Assembly: GCA_965232515.1 (NCBI GenBank)
Contig: CBDDPY010000002.1
Span: 5,472,001 to 5,536,000, forward strand
Direction: 5' to 3'
DNA: 64,000 bases
Source: Alphaproteobacteria bacterium
GTDB lineage: Bacteria; Pseudomonadota; Alphaproteobacteria; GCA-2731375
Shown here: one piece after another, positions 1 to 11,209 of the stretch
How the letters are laid out: each line of letters opens with the position of its first letter
Numbering within the stretch: position 1 is the first letter of the stretch
The notes under the pieces: generated by a model
What the model saw: the letters and a program-made list of their open reading frames with translations, nothing else
The model's database searches: none
What the model was told of the DNA's origin: nothing
Position numbers and translations under genes: made by a program

Positions 1-1031
<1,031 letters not shown>

Positions 1032-1035
1032 CGCG

Positions 1036-1833
1036 CTAGCGTGCCCACGTCGCGGGCCGCTTCTCGAGAAAAGCGGCGACCCCTTCCTTCGCCGCATCGC
1101 CGCGCATGGCCGTGGCGAAGGACTGCGCGGCTTCCGCCACCACGGTCTCACGGTCGGCGGACAGCGACAGGTGCAGCAACCGCTTGTTCTCGGCCAGCGC
1201 CTCCGGCGCGCAGCGGGCGATGGCGTTCAGCACCTCCGCCACCTTCGCTTCCAGCGCCTCGGCGTCCGCTACCACGTGATGGATCAACCCCATCGCCAGC
1301 GCCTCTTCCGCCTTCAGCCGCGCACCCGTCACAGCCAGCATGCGGGCCTTGGTCAGGCCGATGCGCTGGGCCACGAATGGGCCGACCTGCGCCGCCGGCA
1401 GTCCCAACGTCGCCTCCGGCAGGCCGAAGCGGGCGCTCTCGGTGGCAACCGCGATGTCACAGGTGCAGGTGAAGCCCATGCCGCCGCCCATCACCGCGCC
1501 TTCGATGGCGGCGATCACGGCCTGCGGCGCGCGGTTGACCTTTTCCAGCAGCTCGCCGTAACGCCGGTTGCCGGCGATCACCTCGGCGTCATCGGCCGCG
1601 CCCGCCTGGTTGCGGCCGAAGCCCTTGATGTCGCCGCCGGCGCAGAAGTTGCCCCCGGCGCCCCGCAGCACGATGGCGCGCACCTCGCGGTCGTCGCGCA
1701 CGGCGTCGAACACGGCGGTCAGCTCGTTCACCATCTCCGCCGACAGTGCGTTGCGGTTCTCGGGCCGGTTCAGCGTCACGCGCAGGCGCCAGCCGTCGCG
1801 GTCCAGCAGCAGGGTCTCGCAGTCCGGCAGCAT
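1036..1833 (-). CDS. atuE: Enoyl-CoA hydratase/isomerase, isohexenylglutaconyl-CoA hydratase AtuE-like
   Basis: Crotonase motifs [22 protein letters not shown] and FGLPEATLG; position in an atuC-D-E-F order. Confidence 0.8.
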   Translation of the reverse strand: MLPDCETLLLDRDGWRLRVTLNRPENRNALSAEMVNELTAVFDAVRDDREVRAIVLRGAGGNFCAGGDIKGFGRNQAGAADDAEVIAGNRRYGELLEKVNRAPQAVIAAIEGAVMGGGMGFTCTCDIAVATESARFGLPEATLGLPAAQVGPFVAQRIGLTKARMLAVTGARLKAEEALAMGLIHHVVADAEALEAKVAEVLNAIARCAPEALAENKRLLHLSLSADRETVVAEAAQSFATAMRGDAAKEGVAAFLEKRPATWAR

Positions 1834-1836
1834 GGC

Positions 1837-2994
1837 TCAGGCGTTCCGGCGCTGGGGCAGGGTGCCCATGAACTTGCAGATGATGCTCAGCATGGTCTCG
1901 TCCGAGCCGCCGCCGATCGAGCCCAGCCGGCCGTCACGGTAGGAGCGGGCGACGCGGTTCTCCCACGTGTAGCCCATGCCGCCCCAGTATTGCAGGCAGG
2001 CATCCGCCACCTCGCGGCTGAGCCGGCCGGCCTTCAGCTTCGCCATCGAGGCGAGCCGGGTCACGTCTTCGCCCGACACATAGAGGTCGACGGCGCGGTA
2101 GACCAGGCTGCGCAGCAGCTCGATCTCGGTCTGCAGCTCGGCCAGGCGGAAATGCACGACCTGATTGTCCAGCACCGGCTGGCCGAAGGCCTTGCGCTCG
2201 CGCGTGTATTCGATGGTCTCCTCGATCACCTGCTCCAGGCTGATCAGCGACTTGGCCCCCGCCCACAGGCGTTCCTCCTGGAACTGCTGCATCTGGTAGG
2301 TGAAGCCCTTGCCTTCCTCGCCGATGCGGTTGCGCTGCGGCACGCGCACCTCGTCGAAGAAGATCTGCGCCGTGTCGGACGAAAACATGCCGATCTTCTT
2401 GATCTTGCGGGCGATCTCGATGCCGGGTGTGTCCATGGGCACGCAGATCAGCGACTTGTTGCGATGCGCCTGATCGTCGCTGGTGTTGGCCAAGAGGCAG
2501 ATCCAGTCGGCCTGGGTGCCGTTCGTCGTCCACATCTTGCCGCCGTTGATGACATAGTCGTCGCCGTCTTTCCGCGCCGTGGTCTTGATCGAGGCGACAT
2601 CGGAGCCGGCGCCGGTCTCGCTGACGCCGAGACAGGCAACGTAATCGCCCGAGATCGACGGCGCCAGAAACTCGCGCCGCAGCTCGTCCGAACCGTGCCG
2701 CGCCAATGCGGGCGTCGCCATGTCGGTCTGCACGCCGATCGCCATCGGCACGCCGCCACAGCGGATATGGCCCAGTTCCTCGGCCATGGCCGCCGCATAG
2801 GAATAATCGAGCCCCATGCCGCCGAACTCGGTCGGCTTGGTCACGCCCAGCAGGCCGGCATCGCCCAGCTTCTTGAATACGTCGTGGGCAGGGAAGATTT
2901 CGGCCTCTTCCCACTCGTCGACATACGGATTGATCTCCTGCTCGATCAGCTTGCGCAGGCTGCGGCGCAGTTCTTCGTGTTCCGGGGTGTGCAT
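1837..2994 (-). CDS. atuD: Acyl-CoA dehydrogenase, citronellyl-CoA dehydrogenase AtuD-like
   Basis: VSETGAGSDVA, INGGKMWTTNG, CLQYWGGMGY and SIGGGSDE motifs; ATG 2994 after a GAGGAGAG RBS. Confidence 0.85.
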   Translation of the reverse strand: MHTPEHEELRRSLRKLIEQEINPYVDEWEEAEIFPAHDVFKKLGDAGLLGVTKPTEFGGMGLDYSYAAAMAEELGHIRCGGVPMAIGVQTDMATPALARHGSDELRREFLAPSISGDYVACLGVSETGAGSDVASIKTTARKDGDDYVINGGKMWTTNGTQADWICLLANTSDDQAHRNKSLICVPMDTPGIEIARKIKKIGMFSSDTAQIFFDEVRVPQRNRIGEEGKGFTYQMQQFQEERLWAGAKSLISLEQVIEETIEYTRERKAFGQPVLDNQVVHFRLAELQTEIELLRSLVYRAVDLYVSGEDVTRLASMAKLKAGRLSREVADACLQYWGGMGYTWENRVARSYRDGRLGSIGGGSDETMLSIICKFMGTLPQRRNA

Positions 2995-3004
2995 TTCTCT
3001 CTCC

Positions 3005-4615
3005 TCAGCCGCGGGCGACGCCGAAGGTGTTGGGGTTGAGCTTGCGCGCATCCGCCTCACGGCAGACCGCCAGAGTCATACCGAGCACGCGGCGGGTATC
3101 GCGCGGATCGATCAGGCCGTCATCCCAGAGCCGCGCCGTCGCGTAGAGCGCCGTCGATTCGGCGTCGATCTGGTCGATGATCGCCTGTTCGGTCTTGGCC
3201 AGCGCCGCGCGGTCGACCGACCGGCCGGCGCGGGTGAGTTTCTCTTCGGTGATGATCGACATCACGCGCGCGGCCTGTTCGCCGCCCATCACCGAGATCC
3301 GGTTGTTGGGCCAGGCGAAGATGAAGCGCGGATCGAACGAGCGGCCGCACATGCCGTAATTGCCGGCGCCGAACGAGCCGCCGATATGCAGCGTGATCTG
3401 CGGCACGGTGGCGTTGGCGACAGCCTGGATCATCTTCGAGCCGTGCTTGACGATGCCGGCGGCCTCGGCCTCGCGCCCGACCATGTAGCCGGTCGTGTTC
3501 TGCAGATAGATGATCGGCGTATGCGACTGGCAGCAGAGCTGGATGAACTGCGCCGCTTTCACCGAGCCCTGCGGGTCGATCGGGCCATTGTTACCGATGA
3601 TGCCGCAATTCAGGCCTTCAATGGCGGCATGGCCGCAGACCGTGGCGATGCCGTAGGCCGACTTGAACTCCAGAAAGTCCGACGCGTCGACGATGCGAGC
3701 GACGACCTCACGCACATCGTAAGGCTTTCGGTAGTCGGTCGGCACCACGCCCAGCAGCTCTTCCGCGTCGTATTTCGGCGGCGGCGCCTCGGTGGCGCCG
3801 TTCGGCCGGTCCCAGGACAGTTTCGCCATTACCTGCCGAGCGATCTCGACCGCCTCGGCGTCGTCCTCGGCGACATATTCCGCCGTGCCGGCGACATGCG
3901 CGTGCAGGCCGGCGCCGCCCAGCTCCTCGTCATTGGCGATCTCGCCCGTCGCCGCCCGCAGCAGCGGCGGCCCCGCGAGGAAAATCTTCGCCCGCTCGCG
4001 CACCACGATCACATAATCCGACAGGCCGGGCACGTAGGCGCCGCCCGCCGTCGACGAGCCATGCACCACCGTCACCTGTGGCAGGCCAGCGGCCGACAGC
4101 CGGGCCTGGTTGGCGAAGCCGCGGCCACCCTCGACGAACAGCTCGGACTGGTACAGCAGATTGGCGCCGGCGCTCTCCACCAGCGCGATCGTCGGCAGCT
4201 TGTTCTCGGACGCGATCTGCTGGCTGCGCAGCTTCTTCTTCAGGCCCATGGGCGCGGTGGCGCCGCCCTTGATGCCGCTGTCGCTGACCGAAACCATGCA
4301 GCGGATGCCGCTGACCGTGCCGATGCCGGTAATGCTGCCGCCGCCGGTGACATTCTCGGCGCCGTCGTCATCGTGCATGCCGAGCCCGGCCAACGTCGAC
4401 AGTTCCAGAAACGGCGCGCCGCGATCCAGCAGCCGGTCCAGACGCTTGCGCGGCAGCAACTGCCCGCGGCGGTCGAATTTAGGCTTGGCGCGGGCGGAAT
4501 TGGCGGCAATCCGACGCTCGATATCGCGAAACCCGTCGATCAGGGCCAGCATGGCCGCGCGATTGTCCGCGAACGCGGACCCCTGCAGGTCGATCTGTGA
4601 CTCGATAGCCGGCAT
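3005..4615 (-). CDS. atuC: Acyl-CoA carboxylase carboxyltransferase (beta) subunit, geranyl-CoA carboxylase AtuC-like
   Basis: ESAGANL, GSSTAGGAY, AGPPLLRAATGE, GSFGAGNYGMCGR and LWDDGLIDPRDTR motifs. Confidence 0.85.
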   Translation of the reverse strand: MPAIESQIDLQGSAFADNRAAMLALIDGFRDIERRIAANSARAKPKFDRRGQLLPRKRLDRLLDRGAPFLELSTLAGLGMHDDDGAENVTGGGSITGIGTVSGIRCMVSVSDSGIKGGATAPMGLKKKLRSQQIASENKLPTIALVESAGANLLYQSELFVEGGRGFANQARLSAAGLPQVTVVHGSSTAGGAYVPGLSDYVIVVRERAKIFLAGPPLLRAATGEIANDEELGGAGLHAHVAGTAEYVAEDDAEAVEIARQVMAKLSWDRPNGATEAPPPKYDAEELLGVVPTDYRKPYDVREVVARIVDASDFLEFKSAYGIATVCGHAAIEGLNCGIIGNNGPIDPQGSVKAAQFIQLCCQSHTPIIYLQNTTGYMVGREAEAAGIVKHGSKMIQAVANATVPQITLHIGGSFGAGNYGMCGRSFDPRFIFAWPNNRISVMGGEQAARVMSIITEEKLTRAGRSVDRAALAKTEQAIIDQIDAESTALYATARLWDDGLIDPRDTRRVLGMTLAVCREADARKLNPNTFGVARG

Positions 4616-4796
4616 CAGGACCGGCTCGACGGCGGCAAGAGCGCGATTGCCCGACCGGTCGTGTCAAATCTGCCGCATTTCCGGGGCGTCATGGCGGCCC
4701 GCACCTCCCAATACGGCCCTTTGCACTGACAAAGGCGGAAAAGCGATTGAAATCGCCGCCGGGGCCTGCTTTTTCGTTGCTACGCGACGAAATGTA

Positions 4797-4822
4797 GCTT
4801 GACGTTTACGTCAACGTCAAGC
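4797..4822. promoter_or_regulatory. LiuR (MerR-family)-type operator, two overlapping sites
   Basis: GCTTGACGTTTACGTCAACGTCAAGC has 10-bp perfect inverted arms and contains TTGACGT-N2-ACGTCAA and TTTACGT-N2-ACGTCAA. It lies between the divergent atu operon and the SCP2 gene. Confidence 0.7.
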
Positions 4823-4857
4823 AAACCGGCGCCGAAGTGGCGAAAAGGGAGAGCAAC

Positions 4858-5157
4858 ATGAGCCTGGAAGACTTGACCAACAATCTCCGCGACCGCGTCG
4901 GCGACGATGCCGGGCTGGGCGCACGCGTGAAGTTCGATTTCGGCGATGACGGCATGATCTTCATCGACGGCGCATCAACACCCAACACGGTCTCCAACGA
5001 AGACGCCGAGGCCGACTGCACCATCAGCATCACCATGGAGGACTTTCAGTCCATGTCGGCGGGCGAGCTGGACCCGACCTCGGCCTTTATGATGGGCAAG
5101 CTCAAGGTCGACGGCGATATGAGCATCGCCATGAAGCTGCAGGGCCTACTGGGCTAG
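4858..5157 (+). CDS. SCP2 sterol/acyl-CoA-binding domain protein
   Basis: ADCTISI...LDPTSAFMMGKLKVDGDMSIAMKL signature; GGGAGAG RBS before ATG 4858. Confidence 0.9.
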   Translation: MSLEDLTNNLRDRVGDDAGLGARVKFDFGDDGMIFIDGASTPNTVSNEDAEADCTISITMEDFQSMSAGELDPTSAFMMGKLKVDGDMSIAMKLQGLLG

Positions 5158-5167
5158 AAGTCGGTCC

Positions 5168-5833
5168 ATGGACTTCGGTCCCGACTTCTTCGCCGAGGGC
5201 CGGCAAAAGCTCTACAGCTCGGTGCTCTCGGACGTGCTGGACAGCCTCGGCTGTCCGGAACACGCCATGGCGGCGGCGATCCGACCGCTCGACGAAGCCT
5301 CGGTACTGTTCGGTCGCGCCCGCACCGGCCAGTACATCGACAGTTTCGAGGTTGTCGAGGGCGAGAACCCCTACGCCACCGAGATCGCGCTGGTCGACGA
5401 TCTGACACCGGACGACGTGGCGGTGCTGAATTGCGGCGGCACCGAGCGCTACGCCGCCTGGGGCGAACTGCTGACCACGGCGGCGCTGGCGCGGGGCGCC
5501 GCGGGCGCGGTCATCGACGGCCAGACCCGCGACGTCAAGCCGATCCGCGAGACGGGCTTCCCGGTTTTCGCGCGCGGCATCGGCATGCTCGACGCCAAGG
5601 GGCGCGGCTACATGCAGGCCTTCGACCTGCCGGTGCAGTGCGGCGGCGTCCTGGTGCGGCCGGGCGATCTTGTCTTCGCCGATATCGACGGCGCGCTCGT
5701 CATTCCGGTGGAACAGGCGGAAGCGGCCGTGCGGCTGGCGCTGGAGAAGGTCGCGGCCGAGGATACCGTGCGCGCCGAGCTTGCCCGTGGCGACCGGCTC
5801 GCCGACGTATTCGAGCGGCACAAGATTCTTTGA
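5168..5833 (+). CDS. RraA/HMG-aldolase family protein
   Basis: AAWGELL, GAVIDGQTRDV and VRPGDLVFADIDG motifs. Confidence 0.85.
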   Translation: MDFGPDFFAEGRQKLYSSVLSDVLDSLGCPEHAMAAAIRPLDEASVLFGRARTGQYIDSFEVVEGENPYATEIALVDDLTPDDVAVLNCGGTERYAAWGELLTTAALARGAAGAVIDGQTRDVKPIRETGFPVFARGIGMLDAKGRGYMQAFDLPVQCGGVLVRPGDLVFADIDGALVIPVEQAEAAVRLALEKVAAEDTVRAELARGDRLADVFERHKIL

Positions 5834-5882
5834 ACACGATGGCCGGCCGCCGGGCGGTCGGATGTGTTAGGTAGGCATTGTC

Positions 5883-6515
5883 ATGTCGAAGCCGTTTATT
5901 GCCAATGTAGCGCTCGCAGGACTGATCGCGGTCTTTGCTGGCTTGGCCGTCGTCGTGCCGACGTCGCGGGCAGCCGATTCCGGCGGTCAATTCGCCATCG
6001 ACGGCATTGGCGCCGTCCGCTGTGACCGGTTCATTGCCGATACCGAGGCGCGTAACAGGCGTTTGAGTGAGTATGGTGGCTGGGTAACGGGCTATCTGAC
6101 GGCGCTCAATCGCTTCGACGGCGACACCTTCGATGTGACGCCTTGGCAGGGTACGCAGTATCTGATCCTGGCGCTGATCAACTATTGTCGCCAGAACACT
6201 GAAATGCCGTTTCATCAGGCCGTGGCGATCCTGGGCCAAAGCCTGAAGTCGAACAGGCTCGCCACACGGTCCGAGTTGGTGCCGGTCGAGCAGGACGGCA
6301 AGCGCATGCTGGTCTACGTCGAGGTCTTGCGCCGCCTGCAGCAGCAGTTGAAAGACCAGGGTTTCGCCATCGGCGTCGTCGACGGCCAGTACGGACCCAA
6401 CACCGCCACCGCGCTCAAGGAATTTCAGGTCACGCAAGGTCTGGAGCCGACCGGCCTGCCCGATCAGGCCACGCTGAATCAGCTCTTCTACGCCGCAACC
6501 GGCGGCGCCAATTGA
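5883..6515 (+). CDS. Secreted protein with a C-terminal peptidoglycan-binding domain
   Basis: Signal peptide; C-terminal LQQQLKDQGF..VDGQYGPNTATALKEFQ..GLEPTG (PG_binding_1); helical N-domain with two Cys. Confidence 0.75.
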   Translation: MSKPFIANVALAGLIAVFAGLAVVVPTSRAADSGGQFAIDGIGAVRCDRFIADTEARNRRLSEYGGWVTGYLTALNRFDGDTFDVTPWQGTQYLILALINYCRQNTEMPFHQAVAILGQSLKSNRLATRSELVPVEQDGKRMLVYVEVLRRLQQQLKDQGFAIGVVDGQYGPNTATALKEFQVTQGLEPTGLPDQATLNQLFYAATGGAN

Positions 6516-6522
6516 TTCGTTC

Positions 6523-7467
6523 CTAGCCCAATCCGTCCGTACCGGCGCCGCAGACGATGGCGCAGACGCGGGCCTTCGGTTCTGGCTGGTAGGCCTCGGC
6601 CTGCAAGGCCGCGACCGCCGCCGCGCCCGACAGCTCGGCGGCGATGCCGAACTCGAACCACAACCATTGCGCTGCGGCCCGCATGTCGTCGTCCGTGATT
6701 AGCACGATCTCGTCGACGCAACGGCCGATGATCTCGAAGTTGATCTCGGCGCTTCGCCGCGGCGCCAGCGTGCCGGCCTCGGTCTCGATCCGCTCCAGCG
6801 TCACCAGTTCGCCCGCCTTGAGGCTCTCGTAGAGCGTCGGCGCCCCGGTTGCCTCGACGCCGATGACCTTGATGTCGGGCTTCAGCGCCTTGGCCGCCGT
6901 CGCGATGCCGGAGATCAGGCCGCCGCCGCCGATCGCCACCAGCAAAACGTCGATATCGGGATCGTCCTCGATGATCTCCAGCGCCGTCGTGCCCTGTCCG
7001 GCGATCACGTCGGCGTCGGCGAAGGGATGCGCGTAGGTCAGGCCGTCGCGCGCCGCCGCCGCCAGGGCCTCGGCGTTGGCCTCGTCCCAGACCGCGCCGT
7101 GGATGATTACCTCGGCGCCCCAGGCCCGCAGCTTGTCGGCCTTGGCCTTGGGCGTGCTCTCCGGCAGATAGATGCGCACGGGCGCGCCCGCCTGCCAGCC
7201 GGCATATGCGACGCCCAGACCGTGATTGCCGCCGGACGCCGTCACCAGGCCACGGGCGGTCTCGGCGGCCGACAGCGTGGTCAGCTTCGCGGTCGCGCCA
7301 CGCGCCTTGAACGACCCGATCGCCTGCAGGCATTCGAGCTTCATCACCACGGGACCGGCATGCGGCAGCGGTGCATGCATGGCCGTGGCCGGCAGCATCG
7401 GCGTGCGCCGCACGCGCCCTTCGATCCGCGCCGCCGCGGCGCGGACATCGTCCAAAGTCACGCTCAT
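6523..7467 (-). CDS. PLP-dependent threonine/serine dehydratase family protein
   Basis: KLECLQAIGSFKARGA, ASGGNHG and IGGGGLISG motifs. Confidence 0.9.
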   Translation of the reverse strand: MSVTLDDVRAAAARIEGRVRRTPMLPATAMHAPLPHAGPVVMKLECLQAIGSFKARGATAKLTTLSAAETARGLVTASGGNHGLGVAYAGWQAGAPVRIYLPESTPKAKADKLRAWGAEVIIHGAVWDEANAEALAAAARDGLTYAHPFADADVIAGQGTTALEIIEDDPDIDVLLVAIGGGGLISGIATAAKALKPDIKVIGVEATGAPTLYESLKAGELVTLERIETEAGTLAPRRSAEINFEIIGRCVDEIVLITDDDMRAAAQWLWFEFGIAAELSGAAAVAALQAEAYQPEPKARVCAIVCGAGTDGLG

Positions 7468-7483
7468 AAGAAATCCGTTTTGG

Positions 7484-8401
7484 TTAGGCGGATATGGTCG
7501 CCAAGCCCTGGTTCAATACCACGACATCGCGCTCGACGATACGCGAGCGGAATTGCGCGCCTGTGTCCGTCCGCCAAATCGTTGTTTCAATTGTTTCGCC
7601 CGGAAACACCGGCGCCGTGAAACGCGCGGCAAAGCCGGTCAGGCGTTCGGGCTGGTAGTCGCAGCACTCGGCGACGATGGCGTGGCAGGCGTTGCCCCAG
7701 GTGCAGAGCCCATGCAGGATCGGCCGGTCGAAGCCGGCCTTGGCGGCGAAGTCGGGATCGCAGTGCAGCGGGTTGGGATCGCCGCTCAGGCGATAGATCA
7801 GCGCCGCCTGCGGCAGCGTCGCGTAGCTGACCACCGCGTCCGGCGCCCGCTCCGGCGGGTCGGGCAGCTTTTCCGGGCCGCCGGACGGGCCGCCGAAACC
7901 GCCGTCGCCGCGCGCGAAGACCACCGATTCCATGGTGCAGAGGGCTGCGTTCGATCCGGCCTCGCGGAGCGTGTTTTCGACCACCAGCAGCGCGCCCCGG
8001 CCCTCGCCCTTGTCGTAGGCCGCAGTGATGCGCGGCTTGGAGAGGATCTCGGCCGCCGGCGGCAGGGGCCGGTGCATGGTCAACCGCTGCTCCCCGTGCA
8101 CGGACATGAAAAGGTTGATGCCGGAATCGAACAACAGGCTGTCGTCCCAGGCGATCACCGTCGCCATGCTGGGCATGACCTTCAGGTTTTTCTCGTAGAC
8201 GAAGTCGAGTTGCCGCCGGTCCATGGGATCGGCGCCCATGCCAATGCCGGCGGCATAGAGCATGCAGTCGCGCTGATCGTAGCGGTAGGTTTCCTCCGGG
8301 ATATCGAGTTCCAGCAGGCTGTCGAGCGTCACCTCGCGCGGCGACTGCAGACTGCGCGCGATCGCCTGCTCGAACGTCATTCGCCCCAATGTCATGGCCA
8401 T
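7484..8401 (-). CDS. MaoC-type double hot-dog (R)-specific enoyl-CoA hydratase 2; start uncertain (8401, 8395 or 8380)
   Basis: Hydratase-2 motif YRLSGDPNPLHCDP..AGFDRPILHGLCT; VHGEQ; FTAPVFPGET. Confidence 0.85.
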   Translation of the reverse strand: MAMTLGRMTFEQAIARSLQSPREVTLDSLLELDIPEETYRYDQRDCMLYAAGIGMGADPMDRRQLDFVYEKNLKVMPSMATVIAWDDSLLFDSGINLFMSVHGEQRLTMHRPLPPAAEILSKPRITAAYDKGEGRGALLVVENTLREAGSNAALCTMESVVFARGDGGFGGPSGGPEKLPDPPERAPDAVVSYATLPQAALIYRLSGDPNPLHCDPDFAAKAGFDRPILHGLCTWGNACHAIVAECCDYQPERLTGFAARFTAPVFPGETIETTIWRTDTGAQFRSRIVERDVVVLNQGLATISA

Positions 8402-8513
8402 GAAAGCAGCCCCGTTTCCGTCCCGTCTGGCGTCAAAGCAGTGCAGACCCATGGCCGACGTGTCAAGTCCGCCGCGGCCGTGATATGTACGGCGGAACCG
8501 GATTGCGGGAGAG

Positions 8514-9368
8514 ATGTCGACCATGGCCTACGAAACCCTGACGCTCGACGTGAGCGAGCATGTCGCGACGGTGACGTTGAACCGCCCGGACGCGCTCAAC
8601 ACCATGAACCAGGTGTTCTGGCAGGAGATGGTCGACGTCTTCACCGAGATCGACGAGACCGCGGCCGTGCGCGCCGTGGTGCTGGCCTCGACGGGCAAGC
8701 ATTTCACCGCCGGCATCGACCTGAACGATCTGGGCAACGTGGTTCTGGCCAGCGAGGGCGACGAGGGCCGGAAGCGCGAGCGGCTGCGCCGCCTGGTGCT
8801 GGAGCTGCAGGAGAGCTTCAACGCGCTCGAGCGTTGCCGGGCGCCGGTTCTGGTGGCGGTGCATGGCGGCTGCATCGGCGGCGGCATCGACATGATCACC
8901 GCGGCCGACATGCGCTACTGCACCGAGAACGCGTTCTTCTGCATCCACGAGATAAATGTCGGCATGACCGCCGATGTCGGGACGCTGCAGCGTCTGCCGC
9001 ACCTGATCCCGTCGGGCGTCGCGCGCGAACTGGCCTATACCGGCCGCCGCATGTATGCCGAAGAAGCGAAAGAAGTGGGCCTCGTCAACGCCGTCTATCC
9101 CGACCAGGCGGCGATGCTGGACGCCGTGCAAGGCATCGCGGCCGAGATCGCCTCGAAATCGCCGCTCGCCGTCACCGGCACCAAGGAAATGCTGAACTAC
9201 ACGCGCGACCACACGGTCGCCGATGCGCTGAACTACATCGCCACCTGGAACGCGGGCATGCTGATGTCCGACGATCTCGGCGAGGCCATCGCTGCACAAC
9301 AGCAGAAGCGTGAGGCGGGTTTCGCCGATCTGCTGCCGCCGAAACGCATGGTCCGTCGGCGCGCCTAG
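8514..9368 (+). CDS. Crotonase family, delta3,5-delta2,4-dienoyl-CoA isomerase-like
   Basis: FTAGIDL, GGCIGGGIDM and EINVGMTADVGTLQRLP (ECH1-type motif). Confidence 0.82.
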   Translation: MSTMAYETLTLDVSEHVATVTLNRPDALNTMNQVFWQEMVDVFTEIDETAAVRAVVLASTGKHFTAGIDLNDLGNVVLASEGDEGRKRERLRRLVLELQESFNALERCRAPVLVAVHGGCIGGGIDMITAADMRYCTENAFFCIHEINVGMTADVGTLQRLPHLIPSGVARELAYTGRRMYAEEAKEVGLVNAVYPDQAAMLDAVQGIAAEIASKSPLAVTGTKEMLNYTRDHTVADALNYIATWNAGMLMSDDLGEAIAAQQQKREAGFADLLPPKRMVRRRA

Positions 9369-9775
9369 CTGGCTCCCAGCTTTTTCCAGACGCCGCTGGC
9401 GGTCATCAGGGTCCGGTCGCCGGCGATCAGTTCGCCGCGCACGAAAACCAGCGCGCGGGTCTGGCGCGTGACCTGGCCGCGGCATTCGATCCAGTCGCCG
9501 GGCCGCGCCGGGGCCAGAAAGTCCGTGTGCAGGCTGACCGTGGCGCAGGCGCGTTTGTCGATCGCGTGCCAGACCAGTGAGCCCATCGTGCGGTCGATGA
9601 AGGTCATCAGCATGCCGCCATGGATCACGCCGCGCGGATTGATATGCCGCGCCTCGGCCAGAAATCCGTGCACCGGACCGTCGTCGGTCTCCTTCCGAAA
9701 ATACGGGCCGACCATGGCGTCGAAGCCGGGCGGTTCATCGATCGGCATAAAGCCTTCTGGCGGTGCTGATGTCAC
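9365..9775 (-). CDS. PaaI family thioesterase
   Basis: HINPRGVIHGGMLMTFID hot-dog motif. Confidence 0.85.
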   Translation of the reverse strand: MTSAPPEGFMPIDEPPGFDAMVGPYFRKETDDGPVHGFLAEARHINPRGVIHGGMLMTFIDRTMGSLVWHAIDKRACATVSLHTDFLAPARPGDWIECRGQVTRQTRALVFVRGELIAGDRTLMTASGVWKKLGAS

Positions 9776-9779
9776 GCGA

Positions 9780-10265
9780 TTACTCCTGCGACAAACGATG
9801 TCGCCGGCCGTGCGGTTGCGCGGCGGCGATCAAATCGACAACAAATCGGAAGGCCAACGGATAGATCTCGGGATCTTCGCTGGCCCGGGGGCCGCCCACA
9901 TTCAGCCATCGGATTCGGTTCGCCGCAAGCCAGGCGTGCACGCGCCGCACGGCCCCGGTATCGGCGGGATCGACAACCACGCGCGGCCTGGCGACCGTCG
10001 CTGCCCGCACCGTCAGCGCGGTACCGCCGCGCGGCCGCGCACGCGCCAGCACCAGCGTGCCGTCGCTGTCACGGATGTTCCACAAGGTCCGTTGGCAGAC
10101 CCGTGCGAGCGGTGTCTCGCGCAACGGATAACGCCCGTTGATGCGTCCGTCCTCGGCCCAGCGGCCGCGTGGACACCAGCCGCCGACCGCCAGTCCGGTC
10201 GCCCGCGCGGCGTCGAGGGCGGCCCGGTCGACGCCGGTCTGTCCGCCGGAGACGATGCCGGCCAA
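9780..10265 (-). CDS. SLOG-family putative molybdenum carrier (cpYpsA-like); start TTG 10265 or ATG 10319
   Basis: IVSGGQTGVDRAALD, GGWCPRGRWAEDG, RTLWNIRDSDGTL and LNVGGPRASE motifs. Confidence 0.8.
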   Translation of the reverse strand: MAGIVSGGQTGVDRAALDAARATGLAVGGWCPRGRWAEDGRINGRYPLRETPLARVCQRTLWNIRDSDGTLVLARARPRGGTALTVRAATVARPRVVVDPADTGAVRRVHAWLAANRIRWLNVGGPRASEDPEIYPLAFRFVVDLIAAAQPHGRRHRLSQE

Positions 10266-10317
10266 TCCGTGATATGACGCTGTCCGGCGTTTTTGGACTG
10301 GTTGGGGAGTATTCGGC

Positions 10318-10665
10318 ATGAGCGTGACGATCTACCACAATCCGCGGTGCAGCAAATCGCGGCAGACGCTGGCGCTGCTGCGCGAGAACGGCGTCGAGCC
10401 GAAAATCATCGAATATCTGCAAACACCGCCAAGCGAGCCGGAGCTGAAGAAAATTCTCGGCCAGCTCGGCCTCGCCCCGCGCGAGTTGATGCGTCGCAAG
10501 GAAGCCGAGTACAAGGTGAACGGCCTCGACGACGACAGTCTGAGCGATACGGAGCTGATCGCCGCCATGGTCGCGCACCCGAAGCTGATCGAGCGTCCGA
10601 TCGTGCTGGCGAACGGCAAGGCCGCACTGGGCCGCCCGCCCGAAAGCGTGCTCGAGATCCTTTAG
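10318..10665 (+). CDS. arsC: Arsenate reductase (glutaredoxin-type ArsC family)
   Basis: IYHNPRCSKSR, HPKLIERPIV and GRPPE motifs. Confidence 0.9.
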   Translation: MSVTIYHNPRCSKSRQTLALLRENGVEPKIIEYLQTPPSEPELKKILGQLGLAPRELMRRKEAEYKVNGLDDDSLSDTELIAAMVAHPKLIERPIVLANGKAALGRPPESVLEIL

Positions 10666-10703
10666 ACGCTGCGGCCGACGTGAGCTGTTGGCCGCCGACC
10701 GGG

Positions 10704-11054
10704 TTAATCGCGGATTCGCCGCGTGGCGATCTGCTCCAGCGTTTCAAAGGCGTCGTCGTAGAAACGGCTGAAATAGGCCGCGAAAAAGCCCGTCCGACGG
10801 TCGCGGCGCACGGCGGTAGCGATCAAGAGGGCGCTCAGAACCTTGCCGCCCATATCGCAGGAGAGCTCCACCGGGAACTCGTCGTCCTCGCGCCGCCGGC
10901 CGTTATAGCCCTTGATTGCGAAGCCGCCCATGCTCCAGTCGAGCGTCTTGTAGGTCTTGCCGTCGAACCGGACCGTCAACTGCGGTTGCGTCCGGCGCTT
11001 GTCGCGCCGCCGGTTGGCGCCATCGGCTGCCCTTTTGCTGGTTTTAGCTAGCAT
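10704..11054 (-). CDS. PilZ-domain (c-di-GMP-binding) protein
   Basis: RRRDKR plus DWSMGG (RxxxR and DxSxxG); AAAGGTGG RBS before ATG 11054. Confidence 0.7.
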   Translation of the reverse strand: MLAKTSKRAADGANRRRDKRRTQPQLTVRFDGKTYKTLDWSMGGFAIKGYNGRRREDDEFPVELSCDMGGKVLSALLIATAVRRDRRTGFFAAYFSRFYDDAFETLEQIATRRIRD

Positions 11055-11069
11055 GTCTATTCCACCTTT

Positions 11070-11103
11070 CGGATTGGATAGCACGCGTGCGGTATCCAAT
11101 CCG
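11070..11103. promoter_or_regulatory. Hairpin just upstream of the PilZ gene RBS
   Basis: CGGATTGGATA...TATCCAATCCG, 11-bp perfect arms around GCACGCGTGC. Confidence 0.4.
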
Positions 11104-11209
11104 TTAACAGGCGATGAATGGGCGCCCGCTTATCGGTGACTTGAAGGGCCGAAAACTCCCGGTTTTCCAGGGATTCGGAATGACCGGCCGGTGACGGCGT
11201 TAACGTCGG

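Noticed and set aside
10318-10665. Arsenic resistance operon
   Set aside because: Lone arsC-family gene with no arsR, arsB or acr3.
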